Assembly: GCA_030265395.1 (NCBI GenBank)
Contig: JARFYF010000063.1
Coordinates: 64,105,654 to 64,169,653 of the forward strand
Direction of reading: 5' to 3'
DNA from: Rhina ancylostomus
Lineage: Eukaryota
DNA: 64,000 nucleotides
Below, one piece after another: positions 13,701 to 25,700 of this stretch. Numbering within the stretch: the stretch's first letter is position 1; every line of letters starts with the position of its first letter. The notes under the pieces are model-generated. The model was not told the DNA's origin. It saw only the letters and a program-made list of their open reading frames with translations, and ran no database searches. The position numbers and the translations under genes were made by a program.

Positions 13701-16700
13701 GTGATGTTCGTGAGGAATATAATGCATAGAAAGCTTCTTTCATCAGTTTTCATTTATTTTAGTAGAACTGTTTGGTTATTAGGTTATTAACCTGTAACCT
13801 TAACTCGGTCTTCTCTCTTCACAACTACCATCTGAACTATTGCTAGCATTTCATATTTCCATTGACTAATGTGTTCTGGATCTCCCAGTTCAAGCAAGCG
13901 TTGTTTTTCTTTTGAAAAACAAATAAAACTGCAGAAGCTGGAATCTGAAACAAAAACAGAAAATGCTAGAAGAACTCAGCCATTCAAGCAGTATCTACGG
14001 AAAGAGAAATCGGTTAACATTTGGATAAGGGACCCTTCATCAGAAATGTGAACTGGTTTCACTTTCTACAGATGCTGCTTGACCAGCTGATTTCAGCATT
14101 TTCAGGAGAAAGATAATGTCCTGTATTCAGTGTATTCTAACCTTTACTTTCATTACAGGTTTCAATCCCACAGAGACAAAAATTCGGACTCCTGATGGCA
14201 AGGTGTGGTGTGAAGATGAAATGCACAATATTAGCAAGGATATGTACCGTGACTTCACACTCCAGTTGGCAGGTAAGAAACCTTCTCTGATTCGGGTTAT
14301 TGCAATATGAGGGGACTGTTCTTCCTCTTGATTATGTCTCACCATTTTTAAGATCCTGGTGTTATCCCAATTTTAAGTTCCCACTCCTGCCTGCTGCAAA
14401 ATCACACAGTGTCACAGATTAATTCTGTTAAAATGTGTTTATTAGCAGTGTGCTACCAGGGAGAATTCTCCTCTGAATCTTGTGCAGAGTCTTTATTGGA
14501 GGTATCCACAATACANNNNNNNNNNNNNNNNNNNNNNNNNNNNNNNNNNNNNNNNNNNNNNNNNNNNNNNNNNNNNNNNNNNNNNNNNNNNNNNNNNNNN
14601 NNNNNNNNNNNNNNNCGTTGATGTACAGGTTTAAGTCTGCTGACTGGAAGGCCTTATCCGAAAGGTCTGGATGGGGTGTAGTCAAAAAGTGGTTTTGCAT
14701 TAAACAGTCATCTGGTGGATCTTCAAGATCCTCAGATGGGGCTTCTAGAAATGTGGCAGGGTTCATAGTGGTGCAGTATGCAAAAGTGAGGAGTGGTTAT
14801 TCAGAAGCGCTACCTCATATCTGTTTAAGCGGGCTTGGATAAGGTGTTACGTCTGATGGGAGGTCAAGAGTGCTGTTACCGTGTGGGAGAAATAAACAAC
14901 TACTGACTGTTGCAGGGTTATATTGGAGGCTGCTGTTACCAGGGAGTAGATCGCTGGAAGCATCTGTGAGCATGGCGGAAGTCCCCTAGCAACTGGGTCC
15001 AGCCAAGTAGAGTAATATGCCACTGGTCTTTTTCTATCCCCATGTGTTTGAGTAAGGACGGCTGTAGCGCAGTCCTCCAGGACATTCACAAAAAGCTGAA
15101 ATGGGTGATCATATAGAGGGCATCCCAGGGCCGGGGAGCTGGCAAGGGCCTGTTTGAGCTTATCAAAGGCCTCCTTTTGTTCCTCTAAGTTCACAAGGTC
15201 CCACAGACTGGCTTGAAGCCAGGGGTGTGAGGTGCTTAGTAAGGAGGGCCACATTAGGTAGCCATTGCCTGCAGAAATTTACAATATCAAAGAAGGTGCA
15301 CATGCCCTTCGGTGGAGAGGGTGGTAGGGTAGCAATAATGTGTGTAATACATTCAGGAGTGAGCTGCTGCTCAGTTGCACTTAAAAGGGTGCCTAGAAAT
15401 TTCACCTGGCACTGCGTTTGCCATACTTTCTGTCCCCAAGAATGGAGTAAGTTAAGTAAAATCCTCTGGGTTGGTTTTACGGTTGGGCGCCTGAATAATG
15501 GTTAGGCAATTCTCCTGAGGCTTCCAAGGGGTGTATATTTGGATCGTAGGAATAGTGCTTGCTTGGGCTGGATCAGGATTGGGAGCACTCCTATTGGGGA
15601 ACTGTCTTTTAGCCTTGGCTCCCTTTACCTCATTCAACATAGGTGATAGGTTAGGATCTTTAGGGTCATTATTATCAATGGTAGAATCAGAGTCATAATT
15701 GGTGTCTGACTGAGGATCTACTAAAGGTCTGTCCCCTACCAAAATGTTGCATCGCTTGTCTGTGGCCTTAGAACCATTCATATGCAGGCTTCCTCTCTGT
15801 CTAAGCTGATTTCTAGTTTGGGATGCAATAGGGCCATGGAATTGTCCTTGGGACGGCACTTGGCTAGCAGTCATTGGTGGTGAGAGCAGAACAGTTTGCA
15901 GACTAGTTACATTATATGGGGGTGGCAGTGAAATTGGGGGGTAAATAGGGGCTGTGTGTCGGACCATCCAATCCTCCTCATTTTCATCCGTATCATTACT
16001 TTGGAACAACAGGGGCATGCCAGACATGTTAGGAGGTACCTCCACTTTATCCTTATTTCTCTATTTCTATTCCTACATTTTTCCTTCTTTTCCTGGTCTA
16101 CCCTTTCCCTCTCCCTTCTTTGTGCATTATGTTCCCAACTACTCTGTTTAGATCTATTTGTCAGGTCTTCGGCCATTTTTCTCCAAGTAGACATTAATAT
16201 TTTCCAGTTTTCTCCTGTATTGTTTTCCCAAATTGCCTTTTCTGCCTTTAGACACTTACCCACATCCCAAGTTCCTCCTAATGGCCATATTTCATTTCCC
16301 AATTTCTTATTGAGGCATACTGATAATTTACGGAAGTTATTCTCATTATTCAACCATAAGGTACAAATCGCTACAATTATCTATAATATCAGTCTCTTTC
16401 CTTCACCCACTTCAGGTTCCTGACCTTCCCGTGGGGGATTTCCCCTCTTGAACCGGTCTAAGGCAGGGTGGTAGTACTGGAGAACCGATCTGAAACCTTA
16501 AAACTCAAAACCTTGAAAATCACAACCTTAACACCCAAAACTGGGGACTCAAGCCCCTTACCGTTATTACTCCGAGGACTCGAACCTCAAATAATTTATC
16601 TGGAGGACTGTAACCTCCTTTTACCTGTGGCACTCAGACAGGTTCGCAAGGAGTCCATCAGAGGATATTCGATAAGCGAAAGAATCAATCAGGTGTCCGA

Positions 16701-19700
16701 CTCCCTAAGAGGGATCAAGGTGAATCTTACCTTGTGGGCCCTTCCATATCAGGTAGTCGTTAACCCCGTCGATCGCTCACGCCGCTTCGGAGACCTTGTC
16801 TTGGACTCCTGGCTGGCTCGCTAAATTGTTATCCCAATTTTAAGTTCCCACTCCTGCCTGCTGCAAAATCACACAGTGCCACAGATTAATTCTGTTAAAA
16901 CACAATATGCTGGCAGGGAGAATTCTCCTCTGACTCTCATGAAGAGTCTTTATCGGAGGTCTCCACAATACAGGGGGGCAGACATTAATTTATACAGTCC
17001 ATGTCACACATTTAAACAATATGACTACATAGATTTCAATTGGGGAGCCTAAGATACAGACACAACCATCACACTTATTGTTTAGGACAAAACCTCACTT
17101 ATTGTTTTGTATAATTGGCTTACAATCAAGTTCCAGGCATAGTAATCACCAACTGGTTCACGTGGTCTTGAGTCAGGGGCTTGCACGTGGTATTTTTTCA
17201 TTAGTTATATGTACGGTCACAATTTCTTAACCCTTTACTTCCTCACTGGTTCTGCATCTCTGTCTCATTTGCTTCTGTTGACTCTATATTCCTTGATATC
17301 TGTACCCAAGGTAAACCAAATTGATTAACTGCAGCACACACAATCTTGTAGATAGTTCTAGATTTTCATCTTCCTCTGCCAAAAAATGCTTATTGATGCT
17401 AAGTAACCTACCTCTACTTTTAAAATGAACTGTGGTGGAAGACGTGTTCTAATGATTGGTGTGATGTGCTGGACATGAATCTGTTAAATTTTTCAGCCAT
17501 CGTGGCTTTTGAATGAAATGACTAGTTTCGAAGTAATTTCAGAATTTTTCAATTCTGAATCTCTGTCTTCCATCATTCCTTTGCTCATCTAAACTATATT
17601 AGCTCCTGATTTAAGCATTGCTTTGTTTTTAAAATTCTCAGACTGGTCAGACTAGTTTTCTAGTCCCTCAGTGGCTTTGTTTCTCTACCCCCCCCCCTCC
17701 CCCAAACCTTCTTTGAAATCTCCAGTTCAAAGATTCAGTTAGCTACACTTCAATTCTGGACTGATTTTAACTCATTCACCATTGATGAGCAAGTATTCAA
17801 TGGACGAAGCTCTAAATTCTGGAATTTTCTCCCAAAATCTATGTAGCTTTCTTTCTCTAAATAATCGGCTCTAATGTGGTTCAGTATAGTGCCTTGTAAA
17901 TTTCATTACATTAAAAGCACTTTATAAATATAATGAATATATGGGTTTTAGTCTTTCTTGCCAAATGGAGGATGTTAAAAATAGTCTAAAATGAATGCTG
18001 TGGTTTCAGTATAAGCAGAGTTGGAGTTCAGCATTAATAAAGAAGAGCAGAGATCTGTACAGGGTGTTCAAGTAGATTGATTAAATCTCAACAGTGCTGC
18101 TGGCATGGGTTGGCTTTTTTTGGTTTTGGCTTTAGATGCTTTAGGTGATCAGAAACATAACAAGGAGAGATTGTTTACATGTTACATCTGTTCACCAGTA
18201 TTGGTAGGCATGTCTGACAGCTTACAGCAAGTTGTATTTAAATAGCACCCTTGACATTAAAAGTCCCTAAGGTGCATTGCAATCACAGCTGAGGGGAAAA
18301 GCTTCTCTCTACCCTATCTATGGCCCTTATAATTTTGTGTACTGTACCTCTAATTGGTATTAAAACAGGTTGGTCACTGTGGAAGATTTTAAGGAGTATC
18401 TGAGAAAAGTGACAGTGGGGAGATAAATTTGGGGAGCTAATTGCAGAGCTTGGGGGCAACTAGCTGAAGGCATAGTTCATAATGGCAAAATAATGCAGAC
18501 TTGCAAAAACCCATAATTGAAAGAGACAAACTTCTGAGTTTGTGACTCAAGGACGTTAGAGACTGGGACAGTCAAGACCACAGATTTGAAGACCTGACTA
18601 AAGGCATTTAAAAGTTAATGTTGGTGAAGGTGAATGTGATGTGATGCAGCTTGGAAAGGCAGTATGTGAGCAGCAGTTTTCATGGAGAATGACGTGAAAG
18701 GTTAGATGGGAGAGCAAAAGTAAACTCATGATATCCTATTTGTGAATTAGCCTCCTGTCATGGTTCTGAGTTCTGGCCCTCATTTGGCTCCACTAGTGTC
18801 TTGTTGTCCAGCACATGGATTCCATGCTGGACTGATTGCATAACAATACACACCTGAGCCCCATCAGGGGNNNNNNNNNNNNNNNNNNNNNNNNNNNNNN
18901 NNNNNNNNNNNNNNNNNNNNNNNNNNNNNNNNNNNNNNNNNNNNNNNNNNNNNNNNNNNNNNNNNNNNNNNNNNNNNNNNNNNNNNNNNNNNNNNNNNNN
19001 NNNNNNNNNNNNNNNNNNNNNNNNNNNNNNNNNNNNNNNNNNNNNNNNNNNNNNNNNNNNNNNNNNNNNNNNNNNNNNNNNNNNNNNNNNNNNNNNNNNN
19101 NNNNNNNNNNNNNNNNNNNNNNNNNNNNNNNNNNNNNNNNNNNNNNNNNNNNNNNNNNNNNNNCAGATTTTAACCACCTGGATGAGAAAGCAGTTTTTTT
19201 CAATTCCCCTTATTTTAAATCAATATGCTTAAGGCTTAGACACTTCTTTGCTAAGGGAAAAGTTTCTCACTGTCTACCCTTTCAGTGCCCATAATTTTGT
19301 ATACCTCAATCAGGTCCCCTCTCAGCCTTTTGGCCTTTTGAAGAAGAACAGTCTCTGCCTATTCAGTGCCTCTTCATAGCTGAAATGCTCTTTTCCAGGC
19401 AATATCCTGATGAACTTCTGCACAGTCTCCAGTGCAATCACATTGTTCTGTAAAGTGGCAGCCAGAACTACACACAATACTCTGTGACCTAACTAATATT
19501 TAATGTGTTATATCATAACCTCCTTGCTCTTGTATTCTGTGCCCTGGCTACTGCGTGGCTTTCTTAATCACTTTATCTACCTAGGCTGCTGCTTCAGGGA
19601 TCCTTGGGCAGGTGTACCAAATCCCCCTCTCCCTCAGTGCTTCAGAGGGGACTACCATTTATTGTGTTTATCCAAGCCATAATGATCTTCCTAAGCGACA

Positions 19701-22700
19701 TCATCTCGCTTTAAGGATTAAATTCCATCTACCATTGCTGTGTCCATTTTACAAACCCATCAATATTATCTTGTAACTGAAGACTACCCTCAATACCAAA
19801 TGTACCTGGTTCCTCTTTTTTTCTGTAAGGAGTGGCATTAGCAACTTCATTGCTTAAAATACTTACTGCATTTTCACATAAGTTTAAATAGAATCATTGC
19901 TGAAGCATGTAGGGATTAATTCTGTTGTGCTCCACTGCACTTTTCACTTTACTCTGGAGCCCTATGATAACACGTTCCCTACTGTGGAAAATGGTCCCTT
20001 TACTTCTGTTAGTGCAGTAGCATACACTTTGCTTTGCAGGCAAGGGCAGGTTTACAATCCAAACTACTGAGGATCAGTTACAAGAGAAACAATTTATTTT
20101 AATCATACATAATCAAATACTGATTTTTTTAAAAAAATCATGTTTAATAACACATGCCTTGCTGCTTGCTAATCCAATCTTGGACTTGGTGCCATGTTCC
20201 CAAGCTTTCATCATACCCCCTATACTTCCTCTCTCATTTGTATCTCTCATAATATATTCAATGACTCCACCTCAATAGCTCTGTGGGTTAGAGAATTTCA
20301 AAGATTCGCAATTCTCTGAATTACATTTACTGCAGCAAGGGTGAAAATAATGGCATAATCTTGACATCAGTCGCCACTGAGGTTGGGTTTGTCGTGGGCC
20401 TGTTGGTTAGAATTATGGCTTGGAGTAGTGTGACAGATGTAGAATGGGGAAAAAAAAATGCTGAGGGCAGCCATTTTGGAGGATTTGCCATAATCCCCCT
20501 TTGGAGTTGTATGCCATGTATAGTGATTAATGCTCCCATCTACATTTTTCTTGGAGTTGACATATAATGAAGAGGTCTATGGTACCTCATGTTGGACTGA
20601 ATCGTCATTATGATCAAGCAGTAGCTGTTTGGCCACTGGAAGAAAAGTTTTGAGGAGGAGATTTTTGATGACTTCTACGTGGCTGACAGTGGGGTAATTA
20701 TTGCCTTTGGATTTGTCTCCTTTTGAGAAGATTGCAGTATTTCTGAGGTTCTCTGACAAGCTCTACCTTCCCTACATAAGGGAAGTGAGGTTATAAATCT
20801 GTGGAAAAAATTCCCCTTCAGCAAGTTTTAGAATTTCAGTTGATAAATCAATAGAGTGCCAACACCTTTACCTGAAGGATTGGAGACTAGTTTCTATCCA
20901 TATAATTCTACTCCAAGAACAGCAGGTGTCTTGGGAGAATGGATAGACTGCATGATAACACAGCCACATTCCTTTGGGTCTGGTGTTGTGAGACAGCAGC
21001 TTTACCAGCTACACCACTGTACTACTCAATGGACAACCAACACCTGACACCTCAAAGGACCTGAGGGGAATCACCAACACTGTCTCAGCAAAATGTTCTA
21101 AATCCAACATCAGAGACTTCCCCAGGACACAACTCTATCAACAATTATGCACTACATCATCCACATGCCAACACAAAATTCCCAAAATCAAAGACATTGA
21201 TTCCATGAGTGCCATTTTTATCTTATACCAACTTTGAGGTTTTCTGTCATTATTAATTTGGGTCATGAGCAAGTTCCCAGATGTATGAATGTTCTGTTAA
21301 TCTATTAACTACGACTTGCAAGAAGGTGCTATCCTCAAACTCAGAGCAGCAGGTTGTGACGTGGGAGCAATGCTCTTCAAGATGAGGGCTCGTGGTTTTT
21401 CCCTCTTTCTGAGGAAGGTGGTTCAAAATCCAGAAGTTGAGATTAGAACAGTATCATCCCATAACAGCAGATATTGGCTTACCATCACTTTCTTGAACCT
21501 GGAGACAAAATTAAAGAATGTCTCAAGTAGTTATTTATGAAGCTTAAGCCAAGAAATTGAGAGTCAGCAATATTTATCCATGAAAGGCATTGCTACTGAA
21601 CTTTATTATAGAAGTAAGAGATCAAGAGTTGAGAGATTTTCCATAATATTTGGTAGTGTCTGAACCCTTCTCTTCATTGTGCCTTGTGAAAATTTGGAGT
21701 GTGTTGAAATTTGCAAATGATACCAGAATGAAAGGTGTCATTAATTTTTTTAAAGGTATATACAAATAGGATCCTCCAAACTTTTTCCTATATAATTTTA
21801 GCACAGAGATGTCATAGATTGGTCTTTGGAAGACTTCCAGAGATGATGTGAAAATTTAAAACCTGGAATTATTCATCACCTCAAAGCACGCGCTAATAAA
21901 TGGCAACAAGTATGGGTTTGTTGAGTCAAATTGTGATCAAGTGTTAAATGTGAGATTTAAAGGATAGAAGATGACTTAGAGTCCTAGTAATATACATGGG
22001 CACAGGGCAGCTGGCATTGAATTCAGTGAACTATGAAGTGGTTAATTGTGGATGAAAGAATGAGAATAAATGTAAATTTAAGTAGTGCTGTTTTAAATGG
22101 GATGGAAGAACAACCTGGGGGTGGGGGGGGGGTGTTGTGATATAACACATCTCTGAAGATTGTAGCATAGGTTCATGATGCTTCTTGATAAGGAATAGCT
22201 GTGGACTTAGGGTGAAAAGGTGGTGAATTGTGATACACTGGTACATGTTGCGAAAGTGATTTTTGTGGTTCCACTGATGTTTCTTTTGGGTGTTGGAAGA
22301 AAACATTTTGGAATTCTGCTCCTGACTAGTATGTTTCTAATCAGTAGTATAATTTGATGTTTATTGATCCAGCTTGAAAGGAGGAATAACTAAGGATGTG
22401 TACCCAGGGACTTGAGCACTTGCAGAATCCACACTAAGGGGAGTCGTGATAGAATTGTATATGGACGGAATCATTGTCGACAGTGCTGCTACGCAGAGAA
22501 CCTAGTGCAAACCACTGCCATACCCACTACCATATGCTGCTGTGTTGGGAACCTGGTGGAGGGCTCAGCCCTCTGCTGGTGCTCCTGCAACAATGAAAGT
22601 TAAAACTATCTCACTGATCAATTACTCAGTGTGGAGTGAGCCACCAAGGTAGTTTGCAATGACTGGTTGTGAGGGCTAATGTTGGGTGGACTGAGGAGTC

Positions 22701-25700
22701 CGTGCAACCTCTTAGAGCTGAGATATGGGCTTAGGGCTGCACCCCAGCTGCTTGCACAAGTTGGGCACTACTTGTGTTGACAAACTGCATCCCTCTCTCT
22801 TTGACTGCTTAGCTCTCTCATCCTGGAGATTTCTCTGTGATGACTTGCCTGATGGTGGATAACATTCTATGCTGTCAGCATGCTGCCCTAGGCCCCACAT
22901 GTCTGTGATAAGCAGTCTCATGGCTTGTCCAAGCTCACTGAACAGCCCCTGCTGGCAATGTCTACATTGCTCCAATGGTTTGCATCATACCTAGATGTAT
23001 TGCGGTGAGATCACTGCTTCATTTCTGTGGGAATGCTGGTGGAGGGTAGGGGTTTGCATCAGGTTCCTGGCACAGCAATGCACAGATTGAGCAAATTTTG
23101 TTTTGGTGAATGTTCAAACTCAGATCAATGACACTATATCAGCACTCTATGGGGTACCACCAAATGGGTGCCAGAATAGTTGCTCAGAAAAGCACTGCAG
23201 ATACTGCTTCCATTAAGCATTGCCCCCAGAAGAAAAGTCTGTACATCAGATGAGCAAAAGGACAGAACATGATCCTTGCAATACTGACTTTTCCTTTTAA
23301 AGGAACTATTCCACCTTTCTGCTTCCTTGAAAGTAGTTCCCTGACACACATTTTGGACATTAGTTCTTCATTAATTGGTTTGGATAGTTAAATCTTTTTT
23401 TATCAGAAAGAAAACAACAAAATGTTGTTATAAAGTTGCATTCACAATATTGCTTCCTAATCCTGAATAGTGTATTCCCGTTTCTAATATAGGGTATATT
23501 TCCATCATGAAACTTAGAATTGGGGCTCTTGTTATGGCTTTGTGTGGTATTTTGAAAAATCTTTAATTAGTTTACAAGCTTTTAGCTTGTGGCATCAGTA
23601 CTTGTGCACACATACTGCTCCTCTTGTACATCAGCCCACAAATTGGAACCCACTCCTATAATTATGTAACAGAAAATAGCTTAATATTCCTTAACTGAAA
23701 ATTGTAGACCCATATTTTTGGGGCTTGTTTCTCTTGCCTTGATGGAATGTGGTACTATGTGGGCAGAGTGGGAAAATGAATAATCTGTGACGTATCAGGG
23801 TTCCTTCGGAGATTCATTAAAACTTCTGTTCTAGAGTCATGGAGTTGTACAGCAAAGAAACGTGCTCTTGAGCCCCCTGTGTCTCTGCCAACCATTCTAG
23901 ATATCTATACTAATCCCACGCCTTGATTAATTCCATGTCCCTCTCTGCCATGCTTATTCAAGTACCTGTCCAGATACATCTGAAATGCTGTTGCTATTCA
24001 TGCCTCCACCATCACCTCTGGCAGCTCATTCCAGATATTAACTACTATGTGTATTGGGGGAAAAAGTTACCCCTCAGATCCCCTATAAACCTCTTACCTT
24101 AAACCTATGTCCCCTATCATGGGAAATGGACACTGACCATTAACTTTGTCTCCCATAATTCTATATACCAATATCATTGTCTCCTCTCAGGGAAAACAGA
24201 TCCAGCCTGTCCAGTCATTTTATAACTCAAGCCATCTACATAACGCTTCAGAAAACTTTCCTGAACACAAATTATGCCCCATCTAATCCCTTTGCACCAA
24301 AGCACCCAATTGAAGAACTAATCTACTGGTCCAAGCAATTTTTATTTTTCTGTTTGGGTGCTGAAGCTAAACTATTAACTTTAAAATTACTTGCGTATTT
24401 GGCTTTAAATCGTAATTTGGCCTTGCATCCTATTAAGTACATAAAATCCTTTTGGTAATTTTTGTTTTAAATTGAAGACTTTGCCATTGTTTTCTTGGTT
24501 ATTCCCTCTCTTTGATGTTTTATCTTTGCAATCAGCTCTCATTTCACTCCAGCTAATTCCAGATCCTCAACTGTGTTTTTTTTTTCCCCCACTTTTCCTT
24601 GCTGCCTTGTGTCTATTTTTGAAGGAGAGAGCAATTTTAATTTACAGACACTTTTAAATTTTCTGAATTCATTCATAGATTGGGATGCTACTGGCAAGGC
24701 AGCATTTACTATCTATCCATAGTCATTCTGAACTGAAGAGATGTATAATGGTAAAATGCATTGCTGTAGGTCTGGACTTTTATGCCAGGCTGGGTAAGGA
24801 CAACGGATTTCCTTCCCTGAAGACCATTAGTGAACTAAATTGGCTTGTGCCACAATCTGTTGGTTTATTGATGATTTAAGAAATACTACCATTGTATTCC
24901 AGAATTATGTTTAAATATTTGTATTTAAATTCCCTGCTGCCATGGTGGAATTTAAACATATGGCTCTTGATCAATGGTCTAGGCATGTAGATGCTGTTTC
25001 ATTAATATAGTAAGAGTAAGGCTGTAGCATAGCCTTAAAGTTCATTGCAGTTGTTTAGACAGCTTTAGGTTGGCAAACAAATAATTCATAAAAGTGTCAA
25101 CAAATGCAGTATGTTTCTCTTAGAAGAGGAGACAAAAGCCAAGAGATATGGATTTAAAGTAATAGAAGGATTTGTGGATGGGGAAGAGATAAGATGCCTA
25201 CTGTGCCACAAATCATAGGATCCATGATCTGTGGATCGGGTGAAGAAGAAAGATTGCAGATGCTGGAAGTGTGGAGCAAGATACAAAATGCTGGAGGAAC
25301 TCAGTGGGTCAGGCAGCATTGAAGGAGGGAAATGGACAGTTGACGTTTTGGGTCAAGACTTTTCATTGGGACTGGCAAGACAGAGGGGCGGTGGCCAGTA
25401 TAAAAGGGGGTGAGGGGTGGCGCAAGAGNNNNNNNNNNNNNNNNNNNNNNNNNNNNNNNNNNNNNNNNNNNNNNNNNNNNNNNNNNNNNNNNNNNNNNNN
25501 NNNNNNNNNNNNNNNNNNNNNNNNNNNNNNNNNNNNNNNNNNNNNNNNNNNNNNNNNNNNNNNNNNNNNNNNNNNNNNNNNNNNNNNNNNNNNNNNNNNN
25601 NNNNNNNNNNNNNNNNNNNNNNNNNNNNNNNNNNNNNNNNNNNNNNNNNNNNNNNNNNNNNNNNNNNNNNNNNNNNNNNGGGGACAGTGGGATCAGGGTA

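Larger units (their letters stand above)
14360..17245 (-). mobile_element. Class I (gamma/epsilon-like) endogenous retrovirus, defective, antisense within a CEP350 intron
   Basis: Direct repeat starting TGTTATCCCAATTTTAAG at 14360 and 16827; outer end ...CCTCA at 17245; CTGG duplicated at 14356-14359 and 17246-17249; PBS; gag and pol remnants; 100-N gap at 14516-14615. Confidence 0.93.

Noticed and set aside
14616-16823. G-to-A changes in the ERV (PBS TGG->TAG, RNase H DG->NG) suggesting APOBEC-type hypermutation
   Set aside because: Too few sites, the RNase H change fits CpG decay, and no consensus is available to test a bias.
16804-16823. tRNA-Arg-like sequence as a tRNA gene
   Set aside because: Only the 3'-terminal ~20 nt match and it lies next to an LTR, so it is a PBS. 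SINE heads are likewise not tRNA genes.
15956-16824. Plus-strand ORFs 15956..16423 and 16468..16824, antisense to gag and the leader (possible antisense viral protein)
   Set aside because: Non-ATG starts, no recognisable domains, and composition explained as the complement of purine-rich gag sequence.
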